A DNA stretch of 64,000 nucleotides from Thermodesulfobacteriota bacterium (lineage in GTDB: Bacteria > Desulfobacterota_D > UBA1144 > Nemesobacterales > Mycalebacteriaceae). This document shows positions 1-12,363 of the stretch, in pieces; the first letter of the stretch is position 1; the number at the start of each line of letters is the position of its first letter. The notes below the pieces were generated by a model. That model had not been told where the DNA came from and ran no database searches. It saw only the letters and a program-made list of their open reading frames with translations. Location: positions 822,570-886,569 of the forward strand of contig OZ242184.1 of assembly GCA_965205855.1 (NCBI GenBank), read 5' to 3'. The translations under genes were made by a program, and so were the position numbers.

Positions 1-1984
1 ACAAATCTTTTTGCTATTTTAATCGTTGGAGCGATGGGACTTCCGTCCTTGTTTTTCCACTCCTGGAGTTTCTGGTAAATAAACGGCTTGAAAAGTTCAA
101 GAGCCATCTGTTTTGGAAGCCCGCACTGGTGTAGTTTCAGGTCTGGTCCAACCGTGATCACTGAACGTCCCGAATAGTCAACCCTTTTTCCGAGAAGATT
201 CTGGCGGAATCTTCCGCTTTTGCCCTTGATAATATCGGTAAGGCTTTTGAGTGGGCGGTGATTATGTCCGACAACGGGTCTTCCTCTTCTCCCGTTCTCA
301 AACAGAGCATCAACGGATTCCTGAAGCATTCTTTTTTCATTTCTGACAATAATATCGGGCGCATCAAGTTCCAGTAGTCTTTTCAGTCGGTTGTTTCTGT
401 TTATTACCCTTCTGTAAAGCACATTCAAATCGGAAGTGGCAAAACGTCCGTCGTGAGGAACAAGTGGCCGCAAGTCCGGTGGCAAAACAGGAATTGTAGT
501 AAGAACCATCCATTCGGGACGGTTGGTTGATTTGCGGAAGGTCTCACATATCTTGCGTCGTTTTGCTATTTTCGCTTTCTTTAAAAGAGAACTTGACTCC
601 TGCATTTCAATTTTCAATTCTTCGGATAGCGTTTTCAAGTCAATGCTTTTCAACATTTGATAGACGGCTTCGGCTCCCATTCCATAGCTGTAATCAGTCT
701 CAAAGTTCTCATCCGCTTCAGCAAGAATCTGAATTTCTTCTTCTTTGAAAACCGCGCTTTTTATAAGCTTGTTAAAATTGTCACGGGATTTTTTTAACTC
801 TGTTTGCGCGTCCGTCAGCTGTTCATGTTCCTTTTTGAGATGCGGAGGTACGTCCGCATCTCCTTTCTGTTCCAATGTTTTGAGGTTTTTCTCCGCTTTT
901 TTGTAGGCATTTCGCATGGCGGCGTGGTCTTTGCCCTTACTACCTTTCAGAAGGTTGTCACGGGCTTCCTGGATTGCCTCTTCGGAAGATTCACCGGCAT
1001 CCGCGGTATTTTCAAGCAAATTTTTGAAAGCGGTCTGTATCTTCTTGTTGCTTGAAGGAACATCTTCCAATCCAAGGGTTTTGTAATTTTCCGCGAATTT
1101 TTCCTCAAATTCTCTTTTGACGGACTTAAATGCGTCCTGAGCTTCTTTTATTTTTCCACCGGATTCCATTCCGGTTGACTCGGACACTTTTGCATCATAA
1201 GCGGCACGCTCTTTTTCAAAACTTGCCTTGGCATTCAAAAACGAGGATAGGATCATCTTCGCTTCATTGAGGGAAACGCCATTTTTACCCGTCATTAAAG
1301 TCTGCAATGAAAACTTTGTGGCAATTTCCCCGGGCACTAGATATTTATACCAATAGTTTTTTACCAGAGACGCTTCTTCCTCATCCATCAGCAGTGAAGC
1401 CAGACGCTCGGCATCTTCTTCTGTGTTTAACTCGGTTAAGAACTCTTCAGGACAAGGCTTAAGAGACGAAATCACATATTCGGCCTCTCTTAGTTTTGAC
1501 AACTCTTCCTCTGTTAAAGTCTGCCCCATTGTAAGGGAAGAAGTTCCCGGGTTGTTTACAACATGGGATTCATAATAGAGAACTCTATCAAGGTCCCTGA
1601 GACTCATGTCAAGAATCATTCCTATACGACTGGGAGTGCTACGGAGAAACCATATATGGACGACGGGAGAGGCAAGCTCTATGTGCCCCATTCTTTCACG
1701 CCTCAACTTGGAAGTTGTAACCTCCACGCCACATTTTTCACAAACAATCCCTCTGTGTTTCAGTCTTTTGTATTTACCGCAGGCGCATTCAAAATCTTTG
1801 ACGGGGCCAAAAATTTTGGGACAGAAAAGACCGTTTTTCTCTGGCTTGAAAGTTCGATAGTTTATGGTCTCGGGTTTCTTAACTTCTCCGTGAGACCATG
1901 AGACCATATCTTCGGGAGATGCTATCGATATTTGAACTCCCGAGTAAGAGTCCGGTTTGTTTGTTGTAATGTCTTCAAAATCCA
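1..1984 (-). CDS. rpoC: DNA-directed RNA polymerase subunit beta' (partial; 3' end lies beyond the window start)
   Basis: Not in the ORF track because it is open at the window edge. My translation of the minus strand from a GTG at ~1984 (AGGAGG 9 nt upstream) gives ...[32 protein letters not shown]... (zinc-binding N-terminus), then [20 protein letters not shown] and [15 protein letters not shown], all hallmark beta' motifs. It lies immediately downstream of rpoB. Confidence 0.9.
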
Positions 1985-2004
1985 CTTTGGTTGGCCTCCT
2001 GTGC

Positions 2005-5000
2005 CTATGTTTTCACCGCACGCAAATCTAATTCTTCATCGTTGCTGGAAAGCAAGTCTATTTTCAGTCCGAGTGACTGCAACTCCTTTCTGAGAACATT
2101 GAAGGATTCTGGGATTCCCGGGTCAAGAGACATTCTGCCTTCAACTATTGAAGTGAACATTCTTGTCCTGCCCGCCACATCATCCGATTTAACAGTCAAA
2201 AATTCCTGAAGCGTGTGTGCGGCGCCGTAAGCTTCAAGCGCCCAGACTTCCATCTCCCCGAGTCTTTGCCCGCCGTAGTGCGCCTTCCCTCCCAACGGTT
2301 GCTGGGTAACAAGCGAGTAAGGGCCTATTGAGCGCGCGTGTATTTTTTCTTCAACCAAATGGTGGAGTTTCAGCATATACATAATGCCCACCGTTACTTT
2401 CTGGTCAAAAGGCTCACCGGTACGTCCGTCATACAGAATCATTTTGCCGTCATCGGACAAGCCAGCAATTTTCATAAAACCTTTTATCTCTTTTTCGGTT
2501 GCCCCGTCAAAAATGGGAGAAGCGACAGGAACCCCGTCTTTGAGGGATTTAACAAAATCACGTGTCTCTTCATCGGTCATCTTGTCTATAAAAGAAACAT
2601 TCCCGGAATTTCCATAAACCTCTTTCAGTTTATTTTTTATCGCATCAGTGCCATAGTTTGTTTCTATGTATTCGTTGAGTTGTTTTCCGATTTCCTTACT
2701 TGCCCCGCCCAAATGGGTTTCCAAAATCTGCCCGACATTCATTCGAGAAGGCACACCGAGAGGATTCAGCACCATATCAACCGGCGTGCCATCTTCCATA
2801 TAAGGCATGTCCTCTTGGGGAAGAATTCTTGATATAACACCTTTGTTTCCATGGCGTCCAGCCATTTTATCGCCTACCTGCAGATTCATTTTAACCGCGA
2901 CATAGACCTTGACGGTTTTCAAAACGCCCGGAGAAAGATCATCTTTTTGCTCAAGCTTCTTTTTTTTGTCTTCATATCTGAGTTGAAGGGCGTTTATCTC
3001 TCCAATGATTGAATCCACAACAGTCTTGATGCGCTCGGTTAATTTTTTCGACTCAATCTTTATATTTTTTATCTCCTCAAGAGAAAGTGATTTTAGAATT
3101 TCAGAGGTAAAAGAGTCGCCCTTTGAAACAAGTTTGTTATTTTTTACGGTAACACTCGCAGCCGCTTTTACGCCTTTAAGCAAAGACTCAACCGTCTCAC
3201 GCGCGCTCTGTTGAAGAATGTTTTTCTCATAATCCATTTCCTGTTTGATTTTTTCAACTTCTTGGATTTCAATCTCTTTAGCTCTGGAGTCCTTGTCGGC
3301 GACGGCGCGCGAAGTCAGAACCTTCACATCTATGACAGTGCCGATAATTGTTGAACGGCTTTTGAGAGAAGTGTCTTTTACGTCTCTGGCTTTGTCTCCA
3401 AAGATTGCGCGAAGAAGTTTTTCCTCCTGAGACAACTGCATTTCGCCCTTGGGAGATATCTTGCCCACAAGTATGTCTCCCATGTGGACTGTGGCGCCAA
3501 CCCGGATTATCCCGCTCTCATCAAGATTTTTGAGAGCCTCATCGCTTATATTTGGAATATCACGCGTTATTTCCTCACGACCGAGTTTTGTCTCCCTCGC
3601 CTGACATTCAAACTCCTCAACATGAACCGATGTAAAAATATTATCTTTTACAATTCTTTCGCTTATAAGTATCGCATCCTCGAAGTTGTATCCACCCCAA
3701 GGCATAAAAGCCACCATGGTATTTTGACCCAGCGCAAGCTCACCGTTTTTAGTGGAAGGCCCGTCCGCGATAACTTGTCCTTTTTTAATTTTCTGTCCTC
3801 TTAAAACAATAGGAGTCTGATTCCAGCAAGTGCCCTGATTGGACTTCCGGAATTTGATCATCTTGTATATTTCTACTCCCGAACCCGATGAAGGTATGGA
3901 TCTCTGCGATGCTTTGCTGTTTTTAACCACTATAATTTTTGAATCGGAGTGAATCACTTCGCCGTCCGCTCTCGCTATAACGGCAACACCCGAATCTCTG
4001 GAAACTGATGCTTCAAGTCCCGTCCCGACAAGCGGAGCGACCGCCCTTATAAGCGGAGCCGCTTGACGTTGCATATTTGAACCCATAAGAGCCCTGTTCG
4101 CGTCATCATGTTCAAGAAAAGGTATCAGAGAAGCCGAGATTGAAACCAGCTGAGAAGGTGAAACATCCATATGGGTAACCTTGTCTTTTTCCACCATTTT
4201 TATCTCACCCTCGGAACGAGACGAAACAAAATCCAGTTGAAACCGTCCATCACCATCAAGGGGAGCGTTTGCCTGAGCAATAACTATATTTTTTTCCTCT
4301 TCTTCAAGGGCACTCATTTTAACTATTTCATCTGTTACTTTGCCGTTGCGGACAATTCTGTAAGGAGCCCTGATGAAACCGTAGACATCAATCTCCGCAT
4401 ATGTGCTCATGCTTGATATAAGACCGATATTGGGGCCTTCGGGCGTTTCAACGGGGCATATCCGTCCGTAGTGGGAAGAATGGACATCGCGGACGGCAAA
4501 ACCCGCTCTTTCTCTAGTAAGTCCCTTGGGACCCAGAGCGCTGAGCCGCCTTTTGTGAGTTATTTCCGAGAGAGGATTTGTCTGGTCCATAAATTGCGAA
4601 AGCTGGCCTGTTTTGAAAAAGTCTTTGACTATGGTGTCTACTACTTTGGGCACAACTATTTCTCTCGGCATCTTGTTCTCAATACTCTGATAACCTATTC
4701 TTTCCTTTACAGATCTGGCGAATCTCTCGAGACCACTGTAAAAAGTGGCTTCTATCAACTCTCCGACAGTTTTAACTCTGCGGTTTCCCAGATGGTCTAT
4801 GTCGTCTCCAGATCTGCGTCCGCCCTTAAGCTCAAGCAGATATTGCAATGTTTTTACTATGTCTTCTCTTGTTAATGTAAGGATTGCCTCATCTACATTG
4901 TGTTTAAGCCTGTAGTTGAGTTTTTTCCTTCCGACTTTTGACAGCCTGTATTTGGAAGGATTGAAAAACATGTCCGAAAAAAAAGTTCTCGCGGACTCTT

Positions 5001-6480
5001 TGCTCGGCGGATCGGTCGGCCGGAATTTTCTGTATATCTCCGCTATTGCCCCATCGCAGAAAACCTCGATTTCTGCGCCGATTTTACGAAAGCCGTTTCT
5101 AATATCATCTGCGGCTTCGGATGTCAGGTTTTCAAAGCATATTTTCTCTTCGGCCTTTGTTTTTCCCTTTGTTACGGAAGGGTAAGTTTTTGACATGGTT
5201 TTCAGGATTTTAAAAAACGCGGATTTATCAGCCTTGCCCTGCTGAACATTTACGGCGAAGGTATGGTTGATTGAATCACCATAAATCCTTTTTTCTTCAA
5301 GCAGGGTATCCGCCACCGCAGAAGGAATTGAAATATCGTCAATATAGTAAAAGGAAAATTTATCCACTGAATTTTGCCTGATGGCATTGATGGTCTCAGA
5401 CGTTATCTTCTCTCCAAAGCGCGCAATTATCTCACCGCTTTTTTTGTTGACAATATTTTCGGCGCATATCTTTTCATAGAGTTCAGATTCGTTTTCAAGT
5501 AGCACCGTGTCTATTTTTAAGTTTCTCAGTCTCTCAAGAATACTCGGCGTAAACTTTCTTCTCTTTTTTAGAACAACCTCATTTCCTCTCTTTATATCAA
5601 AGGAGCTTTTCTGATAAAGAATCGTCTCAGGATTTATCTCTTTTGACAGCCCGCCGTTTTTTTCAAACCTGACCGTTTCAATACTGTAGAAATGATCCAG
5701 TATCTCCCTCTCGGTATATCCTAGGGCTTTAAGAAAAAGAGAGATATGGAATTTTTTTCTACGATCAATCCGCACATTGAGAAAGTTTTTTGAATCAAAA
5801 TCAAAATCAAGCCATTTGCCATCTTGAGGAATAACCCTTGCAACAGAGGACGATTTGACGGAGGACTGAGGCTGGTCGCCAAGTTTTGGACTATCAAACA
5901 ATACACCGGGGGAACGATGTATCTGATTTACAATTACCCTTTCGGCGCCGCTTATTATGAAGGAGCCATTTTCGGTCATCTTGGGAATTTCACCGAAATA
6001 GACATCCTGTTCAATTACATCCCGGATATTCTCTCCATCTTCTTCCCGCACTATCAGACGCAACGTAACATAGAGCGAAACCGTATAGTCGTAGCCCTTA
6101 AGTCTGCATTCAGTCTCGTCAAGCCTGGGTTGTAAATCATAAATTTCGTGTCCGTTTTTGTCTTTGACGGCATTTCCATCTTCATCAACAACTCTTTGTC
6201 CTAGACTGTAGTGCACAAAATCAAGCGATGTTTTTTCACCATAATTCTCTATGGGAAAGATTGCCTTAAACACAGATTGCAATCCGTAATCTCCCCTTTG
6301 GGAACGTTTTTCAGACTCCACTTTTTCCTGAAGAAATCTCTTATAGGACTCAGTTTGGACATTCAAAAGATTCGGAATATCCAGAATTGCCGGTATTTTT
6401 GAAAAAGTCTTTCTCAATTTAGAACTATGCGTTGTTTGCAAACTCAATATATCAACCCCTCCGAAGCCCGAAACGGGCAA
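2005..6480 (-). CDS. rpoB: DNA-directed RNA polymerase subunit beta
   Basis: 1491-aa ORF with an N-terminus like [29 protein letters not shown] and rifampicin-region motifs ([26 protein letters not shown]). The true start is probably the internal TTG at ~6447, which is preceded by GGAGGGG and leaves an N-terminal length comparable to E. coli. Confidence 0.95.
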   Translation of the reverse strand: MPVSGFGGVDILSLQTTHSSKLRKTFSKIPAILDIPNLLNVQTESYKRFLQEKVESEKRSQRGDYGLQSVFKAIFPIENYGEKTSLDFVHYSLGQRVVDEDGNAVKDKNGHEIYDLQPRLDETECRLKGYDYTVSLYVTLRLIVREEDGENIRDVIEQDVYFGEIPKMTENGSFIISGAERVIVNQIHRSPGVLFDSPKLGDQPQSSVKSSSVARVIPQDGKWLDFDFDSKNFLNVRIDRRKKFHISLFLKALGYTEREILDHFYSIETVRFEKNGGLSKEINPETILYQKSSFDIKRGNEVVLKKRRKFTPSILERLRNLKIDTVLLENESELYEKICAENIVNKKSGEIIARFGEKITSETINAIRQNSVDKFSFYYIDDISIPSAVADTLLEEKRIYGDSINHTFAVNVQQGKADKSAFFKILKTMSKTYPSVTKGKTKAEEKICFENLTSEAADDIRNGFRKIGAEIEVFCDGAIAEIYRKFRPTDPPSKESARTFFSDMFFNPSKYRLSKVGRKKLNYRLKHNVDEAILTLTREDIVKTLQYLLELKGGRRSGDDIDHLGNRRVKTVGELIEATFYSGLERFARSVKERIGYQSIENKMPREIVVPKVVDTIVKDFFKTGQLSQFMDQTNPLSEITHKRRLSALGPKGLTRERAGFAVRDVHSSHYGRICPVETPEGPNIGLISSMSTYAEIDVYGFIRAPYRIVRNGKVTDEIVKMSALEEEEKNIVIAQANAPLDGDGRFQLDFVSSRSEGEIKMVEKDKVTHMDVSPSQLVSISASLIPFLEHDDANRALMGSNMQRQAAPLIRAVAPLVGTGLEASVSRDSGVAVIARADGEVIHSDSKIIVVKNSKASQRSIPSSGSGVEIYKMIKFRKSNQGTCWNQTPIVLRGQKIKKGQVIADGPSTKNGELALGQNTMVAFMPWGGYNFEDAILISERIVKDNIFTSVHVEEFECQARETKLGREEITRDIPNISDEALKNLDESGIIRVGATVHMGDILVGKISPKGEMQLSQEEKLLRAIFGDKARDVKDTSLKSRSTIIGTVIDVKVLTSRAVADKDSRAKEIEIQEVEKIKQEMDYEKNILQQSARETVESLLKGVKAAASVTVKNNKLVSKGDSFTSEILKSLSLEEIKNIKIESKKLTERIKTVVDSIIGEINALQLRYEDKKKKLEQKDDLSPGVLKTVKVYVAVKMNLQVGDKMAGRHGNKGVISRILPQEDMPYMEDGTPVDMVLNPLGVPSRMNVGQILETHLGGASKEIGKQLNEYIETNYGTDAIKNKLKEVYGNSGNVSFIDKMTDEETRDFVKSLKDGVPVASPIFDGATEKEIKGFMKIAGLSDDGKMILYDGRTGEPFDQKVTVGIMYMLKLHHLVEEKIHARSIGPYSLVTQQPLGGKAHYGGQRLGEMEVWALEAYGAAHTLQEFLTVKSDDVAGRTRMFTSIVEGRMSLDPGIPESFNVLRKELQSLGLKIDLLSSNDEELDLRAVKT

Positions 6481-6524
6481 ACGAGATACAATAAAAACAA
6501 AGCGACCGGAGCAAAGAGCAACTC

Positions 6525-6917
6525 TTAACTCAGTTCCACAGTGGCGCCGGCTTCTTCAAATTTCTTTTTTAACTCTTCCGCCTCTTCTTTTTTTAGCCCA
6601 TTTTTAATAAGTTTCGGGGCACTTTCAACGAGCTCTTTTGATTCCTTAAGGCCAAGAGAAGACACTTCTCTGACAACCTTAATAACCTGAATTTTGTTTG
6701 ACCCGATATCTTTAAGAGTAAGGTCAAACTCCGTTTTCTCACCCCCCTCTGCGGCTTCTTCACCTTGCGCGCCGGCGGCTGGTGCCGCGGCAACCGCAAA
6801 CTGAGGAGCGGCCTTGATATCAAACTTTTCCTCTATCTCTTTAATGAGATCTGATATCTCCATCATGCTTGCTTTCTCAAGGTAGTTGATTACCTCTTCT
6901 TTTGTTAAATCAGCCAT
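6525..6917 (-). CDS. rplL: 50S ribosomal protein L7/L12
   Basis: Translation [34 protein letters not shown]...[16 protein letters not shown]. Start taken at the ATG preceded by AGGAGG, not the longer ORF start at 7001. Confidence 0.93.
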   Translation of the reverse strand: MADLTKEEVINYLEKASMMEISDLIKEIEEKFDIKAAPQFAVAAAPAAGAQGEEAAEGGEKTEFDLTLKDIGSNKIQVIKVVREVSSLGLKESKELVESAPKLIKNGLKKEEAEELKKKFEEAGATVELS

Positions 6918-7614
6918 CGCTGTTTTCCTCCTTTTTATTTTGATTGTCTGAAGATTGTTCAGTTTCGTTTTCCATCGGTACTTTACTCTGTTCATTTTCA
7001 TCTACTTTCATTTCGGTCTTTCCGTTTTTCGCGGCCGCCCCGCTTCTGCCTTCCTCAGGGTTATCCGAAATTTCCCCGGATTCTTTTGCCCGCCTCAGCG
7101 CCTCAAGAGAATGAACAAACCCAGAACGCATCTGGTCCATAACAGACACAAAGTTTGAAAGCGGAGTCAGAAGAGTTGAAGCAAACATTGATATGAGAAC
7201 CTTTCTTGAAGGCAGTTTTGATATTTGCTCAATATCAGCGGCTTCGCACACCTTGCCATCCATGAGTCCGCCTTTAAGAACAAAATCTTCAAATTCTTTG
7301 TGCGCTTGAATAAAAACCTTTGCTGTAGCCGGAAATTCTTGACCGCATATTGCAATCGCTGTCGGCCCTTCAAAAAGGTTTTTGATTTTTTCCACATCAG
7401 TGCCTTCACAAGCCTTGTGAAGAAGCTTGTTCTTAACAACACGCAACTCTGCATCAGTCTCCTTCACTTGCCTTCTGACCGACTGCATACTCTTAACTCC
7501 AAGCCCTCTGTATTCAATTACAAGAACTGAAGCCGGACCTTTGAAAATAACCGCAAGTTCGTCGATGGTTTTCTTTTTTTCTTGTTTTGTTTGCACCTTA
7601 TGCACCATCCTCAA
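6910..7614 (-). CDS. rplJ: 50S ribosomal protein L10, with an unusually long acidic C-terminal tail
   Basis: Translation [47 protein letters not shown]... is L10-like. Its position between rplA and rplL fits. The last ~55 aa are a low-complexity acidic stretch ([20 protein letters not shown]). Confidence 0.88.
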   Translation of the reverse strand: MRMVHKVQTKQEKKKTIDELAVIFKGPASVLVIEYRGLGVKSMQSVRRQVKETDAELRVVKNKLLHKACEGTDVEKIKNLFEGPTAIAICGQEFPATAKVFIQAHKEFEDFVLKGGLMDGKVCEAADIEQISKLPSRKVLISMFASTLLTPLSNFVSVMDQMRSGFVHSLEALRRAKESGEISDNPEEGRSGAAAKNGKTEMKVDENEQSKVPMENETEQSSDNQNKKEENSDG

Positions 7615-8323
7615 AACTTTTTATTTCCTCTTTGACGTTCATCAAGTCAATGTTGATGTTCGGTCCCATTGTGTTTGATATGCTGACTCTCTTAAAAAAT
7701 TCACCTTTTGAAGATGCAGGCTTCATTTTTTGAAGCGAAGAAAGAAGAAAAAGCATATTCTCTTTTAAATTGCGAGATTCAAATGAACTTTTCCCCAACA
7801 AGGTGTGAACAACCCCGCTCTTATCATTCTTTATCTCTATTCTTCCACTTTTTGACTGTTTTACAATTTTTGCGACATCATTTGTAACTGTTCCCATTTT
7901 TGGAGACGGCATCAAACCTCTCGGCCCAAGAAACTTTCCAAGTTTCCCCACCTTCGCCATTACATCCGGGGTTGCTATGGCAACATCAAAATCAAGCCAG
8001 TTCTCATTCTCTATTTTTTTTACCATATCTTTTAGTCCGGCATAATCTGCACCGGCTTCTATTGCTTCATCAGCCTTTTCCTCTTTGGTAAAAACAAGCA
8101 CTTTGAGGTTTTTCCCCGTGCCATGAGGCAGAACAATGGAGGTTCTTATCTGCTGGTCGGCGTGCTTCGGATCAATTCCAAGCTGCACTGCTACATCCAC
8201 GGATTCATCAAACTTCGCCGAATGTGTTTGAGAAATCAGTCCGACTGCTTCCCCAACGCTGAGTGCGGATTCTCTGTCAAATTTCCCGCATAATTCCTTG
8301 TATCTTTTGCCTCTTTTTATCAT
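7598..8323 (-). CDS. rplA: 50S ribosomal protein L1
   Basis: Translation MIKRGKRYKELCGKFDRES...VDVAVQLGIDPKHADQQIRTSIVLPHGTGK is a typical L1. Confidence 0.92.
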   Translation of the reverse strand: MIKRGKRYKELCGKFDRESALSVGEAVGLISQTHSAKFDESVDVAVQLGIDPKHADQQIRTSIVLPHGTGKNLKVLVFTKEEKADEAIEAGADYAGLKDMVKKIENENWLDFDVAIATPDVMAKVGKLGKFLGPRGLMPSPKMGTVTNDVAKIVKQSKSGRIEIKNDKSGVVHTLLGKSSFESRNLKENMLFLLSSLQKMKPASSKGEFFKRVSISNTMGPNINIDLMNVKEEIKSFEDGA

Positions 8324-8329
8324 AACAAG

Positions 8330-8746
8330 CTATACCACATCAATTCCCATACTTTTTGCGCTTCCGATAATGATATTTCTTGCCGCTTCCATATCATTCG
8401 CGTTCAAATCCTGCATTTTTGTCTCCGCTATCTCGTCAACCTGCTTAACGGTCACCTTTCCAACTTTTACCCTCGGAACATCCGACGACCCTTTTTCTAT
8501 CTTTGCCGCTTTTTTGAGAAGATAAGAAATCGGCGGAGCTTTGATTTCAAGAGAAAAAGTTTTGTCCTTGTAAACAGTGATGACAACCGGAAGCAAACCT
8601 TCTTTGCCCGAGGTTTTCTCATTAAACGCCTTGCAAAACTCCATTATGTTAATTCCCTTCTGCCCCAACGCCGGGCTGATTTGAGGAGAGGGAGATGCCT
8701 TTCCGGCCAGAACAAGCAATTTTAAATAACCATCTATCTCAGACAT
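8330..8746 (-). CDS. rplK: 50S ribosomal protein L11
   Basis: Translation [35 protein letters not shown] is L11-like. Confidence 0.93.
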   Translation of the reverse strand: MSEIDGYLKLLVLAGKASPSPQISPALGQKGINIMEFCKAFNEKTSGKEGLLPVVITVYKDKTFSLEIKAPPISYLLKKAAKIEKGSSDVPRVKVGKVTVKQVDEIAETKMQDLNANDMEAARNIIIGSAKSMGIDVV

Positions 8747-8747
8747 T

Positions 8748-9317
8748 CTACATCTGCTCCAATTGATTGAAGTCCAACTCTATCGGGGTTGACCTTCCAA
8801 ATATATTTACCGAAACAAGAACTTTTCCCCTTTCCAGATTAATTTCCAGAATCACACCGGAAAGGTTGGAAAAAGGCCCTTCGACAACTTTCACGGTTTC
8901 ACCCTGCTCAAAAGATATATTGAGTTTAGGCTTAAGCGTCCCTTTCTGAATTTGAGTTTTCAGTTCCTCTATCTCTCTTTCATCAACGGACGAAACAGAT
9001 GCCGGGTCTATTCTACCCGCTCTCATTTCTTCGCCGACAAAGCCGTTAACTTTCGGCACATCCTTGATAAAATGCCAAGTCTGCTCTTTCATCTCCATAT
9101 TTACAAATACATAACCGGGGAAAAACATCTTCTCAGAAGTTTTCTTTTTCCCGTCTTTTTTTGACTCAACCAAGGTCTCAACGGGAAGCAAAACTTCGTC
9201 TATCGAAACATTTTCCTGAGAAGCACGCACTTTTTCTTCTATAAATGATTTCACCTTTTTCTCATATCCTGTGCTAACTTGCACCACATACCATTTTTTT
9301 TTGCCGTTAGATACCAT
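8748..9317 (-). CDS. nusG: transcription termination/antitermination factor NusG
   Basis: Translation [25 protein letters not shown]...[11 protein letters not shown]... with a KOW-like C-terminus. It sits in the secE-nusG-rplK context. Confidence 0.9.
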   Translation of the reverse strand: MVSNGKKKWYVVQVSTGYEKKVKSFIEEKVRASQENVSIDEVLLPVETLVESKKDGKKKTSEKMFFPGYVFVNMEMKEQTWHFIKDVPKVNGFVGEEMRAGRIDPASVSSVDEREIEELKTQIQKGTLKPKLNISFEQGETVKVVEGPFSNLSGVILEINLERGKVLVSVNIFGRSTPIELDFNQLEQM

Positions 9318-9346
9318 TTTTCCATCCTACAAAGAAACCGGAAATA

Positions 9347-9535
9347 TTATACCAGCACCAAACCTATCAGCGTTGAGAACAAATAATCGGCAATCGCAAG
9401 GATGACTGTAAACAACACTGATACAGCAAGAACAACGGCAGTGGACTTTATGGTGCTTTCTCGTCCGGGCCATGATATCTTCCAGAACTCAACTTCAACG
9501 TCCTTAATATATTGAGCTATTCTTCTTATATACAT
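9347..9535 (-). CDS. secE: preprotein translocase subunit SecE
   Basis: 62-aa protein with a single TM helix and the KISWPGRESTIKSTAVVL motif. It lies between tRNA-Trp and nusG. Confidence 0.85.
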   Translation of the reverse strand: MYIRRIAQYIKDVEVEFWKISWPGRESTIKSTAVVLAVSVLFTVILAIADYLFSTLIGLVLV

Positions 9536-9571
9536 TTCCTAACCTTTCACCTGACAACCAAGCAGTCAAAA

Positions 9572-9644
<73 letters not shown>

Positions 9645-9661
9645 TAAAATGTTCTTCGCAG

Positions 9662-10837
<1,176 letters not shown>

Positions 10838-10887
10838 CTGTCTCTACCTCCTGAGGCTTTCTAAACGAAAAATGTCATAGTTTGTAC

Positions 10888-10960
<73 letters not shown>

Positions 10961-10973
10961 AGCATTTTTGATG

Positions 10974-11047
10974 AGCGGGAGACGGGGCTCGAACCCGCGA
11001 CCCTCAGCTTGGAAGGCTGATGCTCTGGCCAACTGAGCTACTCCCGC
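10974..11047 (-). tRNA. tRNA-Gly (anticodon TCC)
   Basis: Reverse complement GCGGGAGTAGCTCAGTTGG...TCAGCCTTCCAAGCTGA...GGTTCGAGCCCCGTCTCCCGCT. The anticodon stem TCAGC/GCTGA has the loop CUUCCAA. Confidence 0.75.
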
Positions 11048-11063
11048 AGGCCACCCGTGTTTA

Positions 11064-11146
11064 TGGGGAGGGTAGGATTCGAACCCACGTAGGCTTGCGC
11101 CGGCAGATTTACAGTCTGCTGCTTTTGGCCACTCAGCCACCTCCCC
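11064..11146 (-). tRNA. tRNA-Tyr (anticodon GTA), class II with a long variable arm
   Basis: Reverse complement GGGGAGGTGGCTGAGTGGCCAAAAGCAGCAGACTGTAAATCTGC... with a long extra arm and GGTTCGAATCC T-arm. Confidence 0.75.
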
Positions 11147-11195
11147 TGTTTTACGAAAAACAACAGACATTAAAAAACTCGCACCGCAGGTTTCC

Positions 11196-11269
11196 CAGCT
11201 GGCGAAGGGAATTGAACCCCCGACCTGCTGATTACAAATCAGCTGCTCTGCCAACTGAGCTACGCCAGC
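11196..11269 (-). tRNA. tRNA-Thr (anticodon TGT)
   Basis: Reverse complement GCTGGCGTAGCTCAGTTGGCAGAGCAGCTGATTTGTAATCAGC...GGTTCAATTCCCTTCGCCAGCT. The anticodon loop is UUUGUAA. Confidence 0.75.
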
Positions 11270-11349
11270 GGTTAAAACTTAAGTGTTTGCTCACTACTAA
11301 CTAAGAGCGTTAAGCATATATGTAAAAAAAACTATGTCAAACGAAATTA

Positions 11350-11793
11350 TTAAACAAAAGAGGCAGTTATTGAGACATTCGCGACCTTATCCCCTTGAGG
11401 AACTGTCGCCAAAGCGCTAAAAACCATCACTCTGGTGCGTTTGCGCACAAGAGTGACAGAAAGGATCAATTCTTCTTCCGGACCCACGGGCCTTCTAAAA
11501 CGGCAATTGTCAAGTCCCATCAGATAAGCGTTGGAAAATTCCTGTTCTTTTATTTCATCCGCAAAAGAAGCTCCAACAAGAACACCGCCCGCCTGTGCAA
11601 GGGCCTCGGCAATAACAACGCCTGGAACAATAGGATTTCCGGGAAAATGACCACGGAAAAAAAACTCTCCGGCATCAAAGGTTTTCAGGGCCTTGATACT
11701 CGACCCCTTTTCAAACTCCGTCACACAATCCAAAAAAAGAAAAGGCTCCCTGTGGGGGATAAACTCTTTTATCCTTTTTTTGTCAAAGACCAC
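11350..11793 (-). CDS. fabZ: 3-hydroxyacyl-[ACP] dehydratase FabZ
   Basis: Hot-dog fold motifs LPHREPFLFLD and FFRGHFPGNPIVPGVVIAEALAQ. Confidence 0.88.
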   Translation of the reverse strand: MVFDKKRIKEFIPHREPFLFLDCVTEFEKGSSIKALKTFDAGEFFFRGHFPGNPIVPGVVIAEALAQAGGVLVGASFADEIKEQEFSNAYLMGLDNCRFRRPVGPEEELILSVTLVRKRTRVMVFSALATVPQGDKVANVSITASFV

Positions 11794-11795
11794 AG

Positions 11796-12344
11796 CTAGT
11801 ACTTCCGGTCGTACAAGTTAATAACCTGCTCGGTTACATCAACACCGCCTGACATAAAAATTACTCCGGCATCGCGCGTAAGAATGATTGAATAGCCATT
11901 GGATTCTCCAAATTTGCTTACAACATCTTGTATCTCAGTGAAAATTCTCCTTTTTATCTCATTGTCCCTTCTTCTCAACTCATCGGAAAAATCTTCCTTA
12001 TCACGTACGAGTTCTTTCTTTTTCTTCTCAAGGGTCTCACTTTTCTCTTTGAGCGTTTTGTCATTCATAATGGAGAAGTTTTTTGTAAGTTCTTTTTCCA
12101 TTTTTTCATACTGGATGCCCTTTTCATCAAGAATTCCCTGCTTGACTTTGAATTCCTTCTGAAAAGACTCGCGAGCTCTTTTGCCAGCTTTTGACTGAAC
12201 AAGAACGCGCTGAATATCAACAACGGCAATACGAGACTCTTCCGCGCCTGATGTCGAGCAAAAAGGCACCGCAGAAGCCAGCAAGACCGTGAGTAAAACA
12301 AAACTGAAAAAACGTGAATTGAAAATTATCTGAATCATTACCAA
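11796..12344 (-). CDS. skp: periplasmic chaperone Skp/OmpH
   Basis: Signal peptide followed by a K/E-rich coiled coil (FQKEFKVKQGILDEKGIQYEKMEKEL...). Position between bamA and fabZ fits. Confidence 0.8.
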   Translation of the reverse strand: MVMIQIIFNSRFFSFVLLTVLLASAVPFCSTSGAEESRIAVVDIQRVLVQSKAGKRARESFQKEFKVKQGILDEKGIQYEKMEKELTKNFSIMNDKTLKEKSETLEKKKKELVRDKEDFSDELRRRDNEIKRRIFTEIQDVVSKFGESNGYSIILTRDAGVIFMSGGVDVTEQVINLYDRKY

Positions 12345-12363
12345 ACCTCCTTTAAATCATTGA

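Noticed and set aside
158-1901. Several 60-110-aa ORFs in both orientations within 1..2000
   Set aside because: All lie inside or antisense to the rpoC reading frame I translated manually. The track omits rpoC only because it is open at the window edge.
11270-11349. Promoter for the tRNA array (TTGACA at 11340..11335 on the minus strand)
   Set aside because: A good -35 exists, but the best -10 candidates (TATATG / ACATAT) have 14-15-nt spacing. This was too ambiguous to call as a feature.
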